Virus record (IMG/VR): IMGVR_UViG_3300020121_000439
Span: 4,307 to 68,306 of that record
Reading direction: 5' to 3' (one strand)
Length of the DNA stretch: 64,000 nucleotides
Source: a virus
Each line of letters starts with the position of its first letter. Position 1 is the stretch's first letter. The notes below the pieces were generated by a model that saw only the letters and a list, made by a program, of their open reading frames with translations, was not told where the DNA came from and did not search any database. Positions 29,182 through 38,259 of this stretch are shown here, piece after piece. Position numbers and translations under genes: made by a program.

Positions 29182-29807
29182 AACGATCCCACTAAGACCC
29201 AGTGGACGGTCGAGCCCGCACACAAATCCGCGAAGACGTTTTGCGTCAACGAGACGATTGGGATGGGAGCGGGAAACACGGTTTGTGGAATCACATAACT
29301 CGTCGTGTCCCCGGCGTTGAAGAAGAAATTCTTGCCGCCGACGATGTGGCCGATCACGCCGGCGGGCGAAGTCGAGTCCCACGTCGTTAGAACACCGTTG
29401 TTGTTGCACCAGGAATCAATACTTCCCGTGCCGTGGATTTCGAGGAGATTTATCGGGACGGGGAGCGTAAAGGTCGTTTGGTGCAACGCCGTTCCGTTAA
29501 ACCCTTCCTCGCTGATAATCTGAAACGTTCCGTGGCCGTCCGCGCCAATCGCTTCTGAAAACTGGTCGGTGCGATAAAACGACACGCCGTCGCTGAACGT
29601 GCATTGCTGTCCGCCACCGACGAGAATATCTCCGGTGCAAGTAAGTGGTTGAGGCGGGACGAAGTTGGGGTTGGGAGTGGGAGTAGGAATAGGCGTTGGC
29701 GTGGGTGTAGGAGTTGGGTCCAATCCTCCGTCTCCCGGCATAACGATCTGAGCGCCACAACTGCACGCCGCGATGCAGAGAATTACTACGAGCGTAATTT
29801 TGTACAT
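29178..29807 (-). CDS. exported protein or lipoprotein with Pro-Thr linker (moron)
   Basis: MYKITLVVILCIAAC lipobox-like; PTPTPTPTPIPTPTP. Confidence 0.7.
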   Translation of the reverse strand: MYKITLVVILCIAACSCGAQIVMPGDGGLDPTPTPTPTPIPTPTPNPNFVPPQPLTCTGDILVGGGQQCTFSDGVSFYRTDQFSEAIGADGHGTFQIISEEGFNGTALHQTTFTLPVPINLLEIHGTGSIDSWCNNNGVLTTWDSTSPAGVIGHIVGGKNFFFNAGDTTSYVIPQTVFPAPIPIVSLTQNVFADLCAGSTVHWVLVGSF

Positions 29808-29902
29808 GTTCCGAAGTTCCTTTTCGTGAGTTTTAACAACGGCGTGAATTCTCATGGCGGGAGTATGCCACATTCTCCGGTCCGCGAGCAATCACGAAAA
29901 TC

Positions 29903-29931
29903 AGGTTATCACGCTCTCACAACCCCGTCAA
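29903..29931 (-). promoter_or_regulatory. sigma70 promoter
   Basis: TTGACG-17 nt-TAACCT. Confidence 0.55.
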
Positions 29932-29983
29932 CTCCCTGCGATATACTATCTTCAGGCGGTATTTCGCGCGTCCACTTCACAAA

Positions 29984-30211
29984 ATGACCCCCATCGACAA
30001 CCACGACCTCCAAGTCGCCCACGATCTCGGCACCGTCGAGGGTAAACTTGCGGCGATCCTCGAAAACACCAAAATCCTGCCTGAGTTAATGCGTAAGGTC
30101 GAGGCCCACGATACGCAGCTCAGCATGATTCGCTGGGTGGGAACGACCGCAATCGGGGGCGTTATCGCCTTCTTCGTCGCCTGGTTCAAATCCCGGCTCC
30201 TGGGGCACTAG
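29984..30211 (+). CDS. XhlA-like membrane protein (lysis-associated)
   Basis: Coiled coil followed by a C-terminal TM helix. Confidence 0.6.
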   Translation: MTPIDNHDLQVAHDLGTVEGKLAAILENTKILPELMRKVEAHDTQLSMIRWVGTTAIGGVIAFFVAWFKSRLLGH

Positions 30212-30249
30212 CGCGGACGGGGTAAAATAGTAAGTAGGAGCCCTACACG

Positions 30250-30582
30250 ATGAATTTCGTCCAAGTCCCCAAACCGATATCAAAAAAGAACGTGGGTTCC
30301 ACCGCCGTCGCGGTAAAAACCACTCAGTGCGATGTGCACGGGCTCGTGGTGGTGAACCAAACCGCCGCAGAGGCATTCCTTCAGGTCTATGATCTCGCTC
30401 TGGGCTCCGTGGTGGTTGGCACGGCCGTAGATTATTTCATTCCAATCCCAGCGTCCGGCGGCGTCGTGATCCCGCTCACCAAAGTCGGTTTCCAGCATTT
30501 TAACGCCGTCTCTATCGCGTGCTGCACCGCGCCAGATAACAACGTCGCCGCGCTGTGCGACGTTACAATGTTCATAAAATGA
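30250..30582 (+). CDS. putative virion structural protein
   Basis: AGGAG RBS, beta-rich. Confidence 0.55.
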   Translation: MNFVQVPKPISKKNVGSTAVAVKTTQCDVHGLVVVNQTAAEAFLQVYDLALGSVVVGTAVDYFIPIPASGGVVIPLTKVGFQHFNAVSIACCTAPDNNVAALCDVTMFIK

Positions 30583-31112
30583 GCGCCTCTGGACCCAAGA
30601 TTTGCGCCACCGCGACCGACGAAGGGTCGCATAGCGGTATTGCGTGGACGAACCCCAATAATATTACGGCGAACGACGGCGTTTTCGCGACGTGCGCGAT
30701 GGGCGGGGGCGACACCACGAATCCCCTCCTCGCGTCGAACTTCGGTTTCGCGATTCCCGGCGGCGCCACGATTCTCGGGATCCAAGTGGACGTGAAGCGT
30801 TTCGCGTCGGGCGGCACGGTGAAGGACAACGGTTTGTTCCTGCAATCGGCCGCGGTGGACGTGAGTGCCGACAAATCCACCGCCTCGAACTGGGCCGGCG
30901 CGTCACAGCTCGATAGTTATGGTGGGGCGGCGGACACCTGGGGTTGGGTCGGAATCAGCGCGGCGTTAATCAACTCCGCGACGTTCGGTTTCGAGATTTC
31001 GGGCCAACAAGCGACCGGCACGCCCACCGCTCAAATCGACTACGTACAAGTCACCGTAACGTACTCGGGCGGGGTCGCCAAATCGCTAATGACGATGGGC
31101 GCAGGAACTTAA
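30579..31112 (+). CDS. putative virion carbohydrate-binding/structural protein
   Basis: WTNPNNI, FGFAIPGGATILGIQV and IDYVQVTVTY jelly-roll-like segments. Confidence 0.6.
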   Translation: MSASGPKICATATDEGSHSGIAWTNPNNITANDGVFATCAMGGGDTTNPLLASNFGFAIPGGATILGIQVDVKRFASGGTVKDNGLFLQSAAVDVSADKSTASNWAGASQLDSYGGAADTWGWVGISAALINSATFGFEISGQQATGTPTAQIDYVQVTVTYSGGVAKSLMTMGAGT

Positions 31113-31135
31113 CAAATGAAAGGAGAAGCACGAAA

Positions 31136-31324
31136 ATGGAATACTTTGTTTACTCGGACGGCAGCGGCGGTTGGATCATCGACCAGGGACGCGGTTCGCC
31201 GCAGCAGAACTTCGCCGCAGTAAATTTCAGTGCGGCGGGAACGGCGGAGAGTGGTTCGGCGGCGTTTCACTTCCTCTCCGCGACCTTAACCGACAACCAC
31301 AACGGCACCGCGACGTTGACGTAA
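31136..31324 (+). CDS. hypothetical protein
   Basis: AAGGAG RBS. Confidence 0.55.
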   Translation: MEYFVYSDGSGGWIIDQGRGSPQQNFAAVNFSAAGTAESGSAAFHFLSATLTDNHNGTATLT

Positions 31325-31347
31325 AATAGTGGTAAGGAGTTTCAAAC

Positions 31348-31542
31348 GTGTTTTTCCGCGACCATTTCGACCACTTTCTGCTCGCCGCACTCGCCGTGCT
31401 TTCGGGCGTAGCGGGCGTGTGGTGCCTGGCACACGGGTTGAAAGATGCATCGCAATGGTTGTTTGGACAAGCGGGCGGGTTGATTGGAGCGTTGATGTTG
31501 CGGATGAACCCCCGGCCGCCCGGCCCTTTAGCGCCGGCGTAG
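31348..31542 (+). CDS. holin candidate (two TM helices)
   Basis: AAGGAG RBS; two hydrophobic helices; end of late operon. Confidence 0.55.
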   Translation: MFFRDHFDHFLLAALAVLSGVAGVWCLAHGLKDASQWLFGQAGGLIGALMLRMNPRPPGPLAPA

Positions 31543-31636
31543 TTGACACGCCTATAATCAAACCATGCTTGAAGTCTCGAAGAAAATACGCATCTCACGT
31601 AACTTGGTCGATATTACCGGTCAGGAGGAAAATAAC

Positions 31637-31987
31637 ATGTTCGGATTTGTTTCAGTATCACATTGGGTAGCTAGTGTCGGAAAAAAGATCAAAGCTTTCG
31701 CCTCTGCCGCCGGCCCGGTCCTGGCAAAAATCGACCACACCATTGAAGCCAACCTTCCAGTAATCGAGGGGTTGACGAAGCTCGTTTCCCCACAAGCCGC
31801 TGCAATCGAAGATGCAGCATACAATCTCTTCGGACAGGTGGTGGACGCCGCACAGAAGGGTGGCGCTGCGGCCGCACAGAACGGTTTGTCGCTCTCCCTA
31901 GACAAAGATTTCGTCGCCGCGATCCAAGCGTTGATTCCGGCGATAGAGGAGTTCGCCCGGAACCATGGAGTGCAAAAGCCGACATAA
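31637..31987 (+). CDS. hypothetical amphipathic protein
   Basis: AGGAGG RBS. Confidence 0.65.
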   Translation: MFGFVSVSHWVASVGKKIKAFASAAGPVLAKIDHTIEANLPVIEGLTKLVSPQAAAIEDAAYNLFGQVVDAAQKGGAAAAQNGLSLSLDKDFVAAIQALIPAIEEFARNHGVQKPT

Positions 31988-32006
31988 AATTTGACAGACC
32001 GCATTG

Positions 32007-32036
32007 AAAGGGCCGGGCTCGAAACCGGCCCTTTTT
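32007..32036. terminator. bidirectional terminator between the two genome arms
   Basis: AAAGGGCCGG-loop-CCGGCCCTTTTT at convergent gene ends. Confidence 0.8.
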
Positions 32037-32301
32037 ACTGGGCAGCGTCTTTAATCGCGACGAGTTGTTCTTGAACGATCTTCCGCACTTGAGCTTCGTC
32101 TACCTTGGTGAAAAACTCTTCGGCCTTGTCCCACCCATTATCGTCGTCTTCCCATGAAAGCGCGGCGGAGCACACGCCGAGTTCTGGAGGTTGAAAGAAG
32201 AACCTCACCTCCGGCCCCATTGTTTCTTCGTGCCGGTCGATTTTCACAAGAAGCTGGCCAAGATCGGTCGTTTCGAAAAGTTTGCAAAATTTATTGGACA
32301 T
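32035..32301 (-). CDS. hypothetical protein
   Basis: GAGG RBS, coupled to upstream gene. Confidence 0.6.
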   Translation of the reverse strand: MSNKFCKLFETTDLGQLLVKIDRHEETMGPEVRFFFQPPELGVCSAALSWEDDDNGWDKAEEFFTKVDEAQVRKIVQEQLVAIKDAAQ

Positions 32302-32962
32302 GGAACCTCGTGAGTATTTGTTCGAACACCCTTTCGCTCTCACGCTGCAACGTCTCCAAATCCCCCTTCGCCGCACGGATCACGTTGTCGCGGAAATCGT
32401 GCTTGCGCCACTCGCGCTCAGAAACGTGCGACGCCACGGCGGGATCTTCGACTTGCCCGATCTGCCCGATCTGCTCGACCTTCACGGCGGCGTGACAAAT
32501 CGCCAACTCGTTTTCGAAGCGCACGTCCGTGATAACCGCGATCTGGGGCGAGTCCTCGGCGATGCGTTCCAACAATCGATTGACCCAATAATCCGGTTCT
32601 TGGGCGCGGCGCCACTCGGTCCCGCCGAGTTGCAGCATCTTCCGGAGATCGTTTTTATTCGCGTTGACCCACGCGATTTTCTCTGCGTCCGTCCGCGCCT
32701 CGTTCCACCTCGGTTGGGGCCGATTGCTCACGAGAAAACCGGAACGGTACGAATAGAAATCCGCCGCGGCGAGAAGATCGTAGGTTTCGATTTTCAACGC
32801 GTCGGCGAGCGCGTATTGCCTCACGTCCATTCCCCAGCGCAGGTCGTCGGGAGCGAGCGGCACCGGAAGCGTCTTACGTCCGTACTTCGCGATGATGTGG
32901 TCGGCGACGGTATTTTTTCCCGCACCCGCACTTCCGGAAATTCCTATGATAAACGTTGACAT
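32291..32962 (-). CDS. deoxynucleoside monophosphate kinase
   Basis: GISGSAGAGKNT, LADALK, RKMLQLGGTEWRR, ITDVRFENE and HVSE motifs. Confidence 0.88.
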   Translation of the reverse strand: MSTFIIGISGSAGAGKNTVADHIIAKYGRKTLPVPLAPDDLRWGMDVRQYALADALKIETYDLLAAADFYSYRSGFLVSNRPQPRWNEARTDAEKIAWVNANKNDLRKMLQLGGTEWRRAQEPDYWVNRLLERIAEDSPQIAVITDVRFENELAICHAAVKVEQIGQIGQVEDPAVASHVSEREWRKHDFRDNVIRAAKGDLETLQRESERVFEQILTRFHVQ

Positions 32963-33517
32963 TTCAATTCTCCTCGAAGATATCGCACAGCTTTGTTAAG
33001 CAGACGTAGGTCGTCAGAAAAACTTCCGAGTCCAAGATTGCAAGAAACGCACAACAAACCTCGTACTTTTTGGGTTTTGTGGCAGTGGTCTACAGCGTGT
33101 CGCCGCTTAAAAGCACTGTACTGTTTCCGACCACATATTGCACAGCCGCCCTTTTGTCGGCGTAGCATTGCGGAACGGAGTTTTCCCTTTTGTTAAAAGA
33201 GATATTCGGTAATTGGGGTCGTTCTTATATCGTTCGCGTAAGTGAGCATTTCGGGCCATACGTCCTTTAGGAGTCTTTTCTTTACGACCAAACAGTCGCC
33301 GATTCTCGTTTCTTCGGCGACACATCTCTTCGCGAGACATTTTTGGGCGAGGATGCGGAACATAGTGTCGACGCTGCCAATCCTTCTGTGCCAAATAACA
33401 TTTTCGGCATATTAACTTACCCTTGTCTCGGGGCGTCCGTCCACAAGATGTGCATCGGCCAACCTTTTTCCAGTACGCATATCTGCGCTTATAAAAATTA
33501 GGGCCGCGTCGAACCAC
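32944..33517 (-). pseudogene. endonuclease VII-like HNH nuclease, frameshifted
   Basis: CAIC...VDHCHKTQKVRGLLCVSCNLGLG lies in a different frame from the N-terminal zinc-finger part; break near 33190. Confidence 0.7.
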
Positions 33518-33982
33518 CTACTTTCGCTTCTCCTTCCTCTCCCGCTCCTCGCGTTTCTCGAACTCCCGTAAATTCGCCACGATCTCGTCCGGGCGCATTC
33601 GGGCGATTTGCGGCGCGACGGGTTCGAGACCCACGAATTCCATCACTAAGCGGAACTCGGCGTGGTGAAACCACTCCTTCGCGTCGAACCTCGCGTCGTA
33701 GCGGTCGCCCAACGCGGTCGGGTTCTTCGCGGCGACATCGTTCTCCGGTTCGTCCACCACCTCCAAATCCTCCATCTCGATCTCCCCCGCGTCTTTCGCC
33801 GCCCGGCCCACCACCGCCAACCACAGCTTCTTGTGGTTCCACAGCGTGTCGTGGGGGTGGACTTCATGGGCGCCCCGGGTCGTGCCCAACCTCCCCCGTT
33901 CGATGTCGTGCTCGAACGAGTTTATGTCGCTCTGGCCCGCCACTAGCTCGATATGGGATGTTACACGATGAGAAGGAGTCAT
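33518..33982 (-). CDS. hypothetical protein
   Basis: Own promoter TTGACT-17-TAGAAT at 33997-34025. Confidence 0.65.
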   Translation of the reverse strand: MTPSHRVTSHIELVAGQSDINSFEHDIERGRLGTTRGAHEVHPHDTLWNHKKLWLAVVGRAAKDAGEIEMEDLEVVDEPENDVAAKNPTALGDRYDARFDAKEWFHHAEFRLVMEFVGLEPVAPQIARMRPDEIVANLREFEKREERERKEKRK

Positions 33983-33999
33983 TAGCGGATAGTGGGATT

Positions 34000-34857
34000 C
34001 TAGCGCGTTTTCGCGTTGGAGTCAATAGCGTTCGACGTTGTGAGTTGCCACCCGCCTACCAACACCCGCTTCCGATCCCGTTGTTCGATGTGAAACTTCA
34101 CCGGGCGAATCTGGCCCGCCGCATAGAGTTTCTCAATCATCCGCGCCGCGGTGGACTTCGACACGCCGTTCTCGCGCATGTATTCGGCTTGGGTGAAGGA
34201 GCCAAGCGGGCGTTCGTGGAGCGGAGTCGTGGAGACTAGTGAAGCCGCAACCGACGCAGGGGACGGCCCGACCGTGATCGCCCCCACTAACTCCACCGAC
34301 CGATCCCCCGCCAACTCGCTGTACCTCGCCAGGAAGCGCCGTTCGGCTTCGTCGGGGGGCCAGAGGCGTTTGTGATCTTCCGAAAGCACGAAGATTTCCT
34401 CGCCATCTTCAACCGGGCGTTTCCACAACAGAAAACTCTCCGTAACGTACATCGCGCGGTCGGTCGCTTTCACCGCGTCGCAGTTCCAAAGCGCGGGGAT
34501 GTGCAACGCTTCGTAAACGACCGCCAATGCCGCCTGATCCAACTTGCGATATGGTGCGAGCGGCGCGGAGTGTTTCAGCGGTGTAGTTAAGTCGCGAAAT
34601 CCCAGTGCCTCTGAACTATCGTGCAGAAGGAACGCCAGGGGCTCGGCGCAGTAATACGAGCCGACGACCGAGTGCTGGGCGACGGTGAGGCGGGATTGCG
34701 ACGAATAACGGTACTCCCCCGCGAGCCCGTACGCGATGTTTCGCACGTCCACGTCCTTCACGCTCGGGCGCAGAGGGTTAAAGTGTCCGTACCTCATCCT
34801 CATACACCCGCGTTTCATCCCGACAACGCCACGTTCGTCTTTGGTTCCGGTTGGCAT
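34000..34857 (-). CDS. HD-domain deoxynucleotidase (YfbR/YfdR-like) with C-terminal HTH
   Basis: IAYGLA..YRY, TVAQHS, LLHDSSEA, DLTTPLK; SKSTAARMIEKL. Confidence 0.8.
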   Translation of the reverse strand: MPTGTKDERGVVGMKRGCMRMRYGHFNPLRPSVKDVDVRNIAYGLAGEYRYSSQSRLTVAQHSVVGSYYCAEPLAFLLHDSSEALGFRDLTTPLKHSAPLAPYRKLDQAALAVVYEALHIPALWNCDAVKATDRAMYVTESFLLWKRPVEDGEEIFVLSEDHKRLWPPDEAERRFLARYSELAGDRSVELVGAITVGPSPASVAASLVSTTPLHERPLGSFTQAEYMRENGVSKSTAARMIEKLYAAGQIRPVKFHIEQRDRKRVLVGGWQLTTSNAIDSNAKTR

Positions 34858-34860
34858 CGC

Positions 34861-35058
34861 TCAATCTCCTTTTACGAATCGCCGCAATACTACGGTGTCC
34901 CAAAACCCGTCTTTGAACTCCGTTAAAACGGGAAACACCCCGAACCCCACGACATAATACGTGCGGTACCATTCTTTGTCGAGCACCCACACCGCGCCGG
35001 GCGGGAGTTCGGTGGGGTCGAGCACGAAGGGGCCGGAGAAGGGGTTGAGAGTGGTCAT
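34861..35058 (-). CDS. hypothetical protein
   Basis: Coupled ORF. Confidence 0.55.
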   Translation of the reverse strand: MTTLNPFSGPFVLDPTELPPGAVWVLDKEWYRTYYVVGFGVFPVLTEFKDGFWDTVVLRRFVKGD

Positions 35059-35558
35059 TGAACGTACGCCCAGTTAAGACCACGATGAATCGCCTTAATT
35101 GTGTCATATGTCACATTAAACGTATCCGCGATATCTCGACGGGTTTTCCCGGTTCGAAGCATTCGTTTAATTCTACGCACCTGGCTTTCGCGGAGTATTG
35201 CGCTTGGGTTCCTCTCGCCCCATGTAGACCGGCCCTTCGCTTTCATATCAGCGGAGTTCTGCGCTTTGGTGCCGACAAACAGATGTTTCGGATTCACACA
35301 CGAAGGATTATCGCAGTCGTGACAAACCACAAGATCAGGAGACACAGTGACGTTGTGATGAAGCTCGTAGCTAAAGCGATGTGTGTACTTCCGAACTTTC
35401 CGCCCGCTTGGAAGTTCCGCGAGGTGCGGCCAGTTTATCAAACCATAGCCTTTGCTCGTTTGTTCTCCCATCCACAACCAACACGGCCCTAAATGTGTAC
35501 GATGCGCAGGAATGGGGCCGTTAGTGTTGACGCGTTGCCAAAAGCCTTCAAGGGTCAT
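35055..35558 (-). CDS. HNH homing endonuclease
   Basis: CWLW.G, THRFSY, VCHDCDNPSCVNPKHL..GT..N. Confidence 0.9.
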   Translation of the reverse strand: MTLEGFWQRVNTNGPIPAHRTHLGPCWLWMGEQTSKGYGLINWPHLAELPSGRKVRKYTHRFSYELHHNVTVSPDLVVCHDCDNPSCVNPKHLFVGTKAQNSADMKAKGRSTWGERNPSAILRESQVRRIKRMLRTGKTRRDIADTFNVTYDTIKAIHRGLNWAYVQ

Positions 35559-35563
35559 TGGGT

Positions 35564-36595
35564 TTAATACCTCTTCTCGTAAAACCCACGATCATAAAAC
35601 GGATTCCACTCCACTTTGAAACGGGTGACGTGGCCATCCGTCGGGTCTTGCTTCAGATCAATCCGCACGAACCCAACATGTGCGCCCAGCTTATTCTTAC
35701 GCATGAACATCGTCTGGTCCTCAACGGTGCCACACGACACAAAATGGACTTCACGTGGGTAACAATAATCGAATTTATGGTAGTGCCCACCAATTACCAC
35801 CGCCGGCTTTTCACCACCCTGAAACGACTCCACGATTTTCTGGGGAGCGTAACTAAACGCATACGACGACCCACCACCGGGGTGCATGACTTTACAAACC
35901 GCCGAACCTTTGCCGCATCGCAGCTCCACGTCCGCCTCAACATGACCGATAAAGCGCAGATCGTTCCTCCCGGCTTTCTCCGCTTTCATCTGCATGTACT
36001 GGCCGATGTTGATGCACTCCCGTTGAACATACCAACCTTCATGATCGTCACCAGTAATGAAGTACGTCGTCATTCCCTTCTTCACCGGCGTGGTGTCGAT
36101 CCAATAATCAATCTGCGCGTCCATGCCGTGAACAAGGAGTTCGTTCTTGTTGAACCGCGCTTCGCCGTCGAGAATGTTTCCGGCATTGAGCACCGATGTG
36201 ATACCGTCGTGCTCGAAACGATCATAAGCGGCGTCCTCTACGTCCTGGCGATGGTGGCGGTTCCCCTTGTGGTTGTCCGTTATCACGCCGAACGTCGTCC
36301 AGCCGTTCTTCGCCGTAGAGAGCGTAATGCGACCGCCCGCATCCACGATGCTCGTGAGAAATACTTTCCCGGTCGGCAGAGTGCGGAAGTTTACGCCGGA
36401 ATTGCGTAACGCAGTGAGCGCGGTGCGAACACGGGACGGCGGCAGATTCAACGCGTCCGCCAACTCCCCATCGCTCATCGGTTGCTTGGTAAGGAGTTTC
36501 TTGAGTTGACGGGCGAGTTTCTGGGGGTCGATTTCCTCGACCCGTAATGCGTCGGCCTGTTCCGCCGCGGCTTTAGCTGGGGATTTCGTGGACAT
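35564..36595 (-). CDS. calcineurin-like metallophosphoesterase with N-terminal HTH
   Basis: TDNH, GNILDG, GDDHE, MHP and GHYH motifs. Confidence 0.85.
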   Translation of the reverse strand: MSTKSPAKAAAEQADALRVEEIDPQKLARQLKKLLTKQPMSDGELADALNLPPSRVRTALTALRNSGVNFRTLPTGKVFLTSIVDAGGRITLSTAKNGWTTFGVITDNHKGNRHHRQDVEDAAYDRFEHDGITSVLNAGNILDGEARFNKNELLVHGMDAQIDYWIDTTPVKKGMTTYFITGDDHEGWYVQRECINIGQYMQMKAEKAGRNDLRFIGHVEADVELRCGKGSAVCKVMHPGGGSSYAFSYAPQKIVESFQGGEKPAVVIGGHYHKFDYCYPREVHFVSCGTVEDQTMFMRKNKLGAHVGFVRIDLKQDPTDGHVTRFKVEWNPFYDRGFYEKRY

Positions 36596-36818
36596 TGGTG
36601 GAGGTCTCCGAAAGAATAGGATTCGTTCTCTGGCGCGAGCGACGCAGTAACGCCGCACACAACCAACGAGGAACGTTAAAACTCGTAAGACTGTTCGTTA
36701 AGCACACCTTCCAACCCCGTTCGCGGGGCCATTCGCCCACGGTCTGCGTGTCAAGCGAGACTTTAAGTTGGATGTGAAGTGAAGGCCGGAGATGCGTAAA
36801 GCGACCATGAATCTTCAT
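36573..36818 (-). CDS. hypothetical protein
   Basis: GGAG RBS, ATGA overlap. Confidence 0.45.
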   Translation of the reverse strand: MKIHGRFTHLRPSLHIQLKVSLDTQTVGEWPRERGWKVCLTNSLTSFNVPRWLCAALLRRSRQRTNPILSETSTNVHEIPS

Positions 36819-37345
36819 TCTCCTGGCTCCGTGGAGATAGGATTTTGTACAGAATCTTGGGCGTTGGGGGCGGTAGCGTCGGTAATTGCGGACGTTACGT
36901 GTTTTTTGCGGGGAGCGCGCACCCGGGGATGCACGACCGCTATAGGAGGATGCGACTCGTAGAATCTAAACTCCGTCCGAAACTTCCCGTTCGCCCGGGG
37001 CTCGACGACCAAAATCCCCATCACGATTTCGCCACACTCGAACGCCGACTTCCAATCGGCCGAGGATGGGGCGGCATCGCATTCACCCGCTTTGCCCGGG
37101 TGCGAGTGTGCGACCCCAAGAAACCCGTCCGTGTCCTTCCCCGTCGTGATCGCGTCGTCGTGGTAGTATTCGATTTTGTTGAGCGTAGACTTCGCTTCCG
37201 CAATCGGCACGAACCGCGTTACCGTCACCGTATCCCCCACCACCCGCCCCCGTATCGCCTCGGCGTGCTCGCGCGGAAACGCCGCGATCGCCGCCTTTTT
37301 AAAAGCGGTCTCGACGCGGGGCGGGATTATCACACGGACGATCAC
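36815..37345 (-). CDS. JAB/MPN+ (JAMM) metalloprotease-domain protein
   Basis: FPREH, AHSHP...PSSAD. Confidence 0.85.
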   Translation of the reverse strand: MIVRVIIPPRVETAFKKAAIAAFPREHAEAIRGRVVGDTVTVTRFVPIAEAKSTLNKIEYYHDDAITTGKDTDGFLGVAHSHPGKAGECDAAPSSADWKSAFECGEIVMGILVVEPRANGKFRTEFRFYESHPPIAVVHPRVRAPRKKHVTSAITDATAPNAQDSVQNPISTEPGE

Positions 37346-37656
37346 AGACGCTCCCGGTTAAATTCGTCGAAACCAAGTGTTTTAATCTCGCGCTTTGGCG
37401 AGTTACCCAAGATCGCCTTCCCAAAACCCTTCGCGCTCCACGGCGTCCCGGAATACGACCACCACGAACCCTCTTCCTCAATCCCACAATCCAAACAAAC
37501 GCGAACGGGAAACGTGAGAGTTCCGCCCGGAAATACCCCCGACCAATGGGCGACTTTCAAATGCGGGCACTTGGTTTGAATCACTGTGATCCTTCGCTGT
37601 TCGCGAATTTCGAATTTTTCCCGTGCGGAGAGGATGCGTTGTTTTGCGGTGGACAT
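37342..37656 (-). CDS. hypothetical protein (CxH, CxxC)
   Basis: Coupled ORF. Confidence 0.6.
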   Translation of the reverse strand: MSTAKQRILSAREKFEIREQRRITVIQTKCPHLKVAHWSGVFPGGTLTFPVRVCLDCGIEEEGSWWSYSGTPWSAKGFGKAILGNSPKREIKTLGFDEFNRERL

Positions 37657-37896
37657 CTAAACGACCTCCGGCGGACGCCCCAGGAACAACTCTACAATAT
37701 CCCGTGTCTCACGGCCTTTTAGCTCAATGCTCTTGAGCATCGTTTTGAACCACTGGCGAATGCAACTATCACAAAGATCGAGAATAATATCGCGAGTGTC
37801 GGGCGAACCCGCGCCGTCCGTACACTTCTCGACCGGAATCGTGTGTCGCGTCGCGGGGACTTTCGAACATTTATCGCAGCAAAGAACGGTGGCCAT
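37657..37896 (-). CDS. zinc-binding hypothetical protein
   Basis: CDKC...DLCDSC. Confidence 0.6.
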   Translation of the reverse strand: MATVLCCDKCSKVPATRHTIPVEKCTDGAGSPDTRDIILDLCDSCIRQWFKTMLKSIELKGRETRDIVELFLGRPPEVV

Positions 37897-38195
37897 TATT
37901 TCGCTCCTCCCGGCCCCATCATCACATCCGGGCACTCGTAGCGTTGGTGTTTCCAGTCTTTTAGTTTGCACCGCTTCGCCGCGTACTGTAACATCATTCC
38001 GTCGTTATAATTAATCCGTAACGTCGCCGGGAGCGGCGTGTCGATGCGAGTGCGAGAGAACGTCATGATCGCCTTGGCGCAGTACGTGAAACTCCCCACC
38101 GTCTCGGGCTTCCGGCAGTGTAATGTGGCGATCGCGGTCGGGTCGAAGGTGAGGTGGGACGCGGCCACAAACGCGAACGCTAGAATTGGAAGCAT
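37896..38195 (-). CDS. hypothetical exported protein
   Basis: Hydrophobic N-terminus, four Cys; promoter TTGACT-18-TATAAT at 38203-38232. Confidence 0.6.
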   Translation of the reverse strand: MLPILAFAFVAASHLTFDPTAIATLHCRKPETVGSFTYCAKAIMTFSRTRIDTPLPATLRINYNDGMMLQYAAKRCKLKDWKHQRYECPDVMMGPGGAK

Positions 38196-38259
38196 AACGG
38201 GAATTATACGGGAACTCCGAACGCGAAGTCAAGGGGTAAATACGACAGAGTGTCGGACG

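Noticed and set aside
31543-31558. TTGACA and TATAAT as one promoter
   Set aside because: They are only 4 nt apart; the -10 hexamer may still act alone.
32291-34857. Z-genome (2-aminoadenine) pathway suggested by HD hydrolase, dNMP kinase and PolA
   Set aside because: No PurZ/adenylosuccinate synthetase or MazZ-like gene is recognisable.
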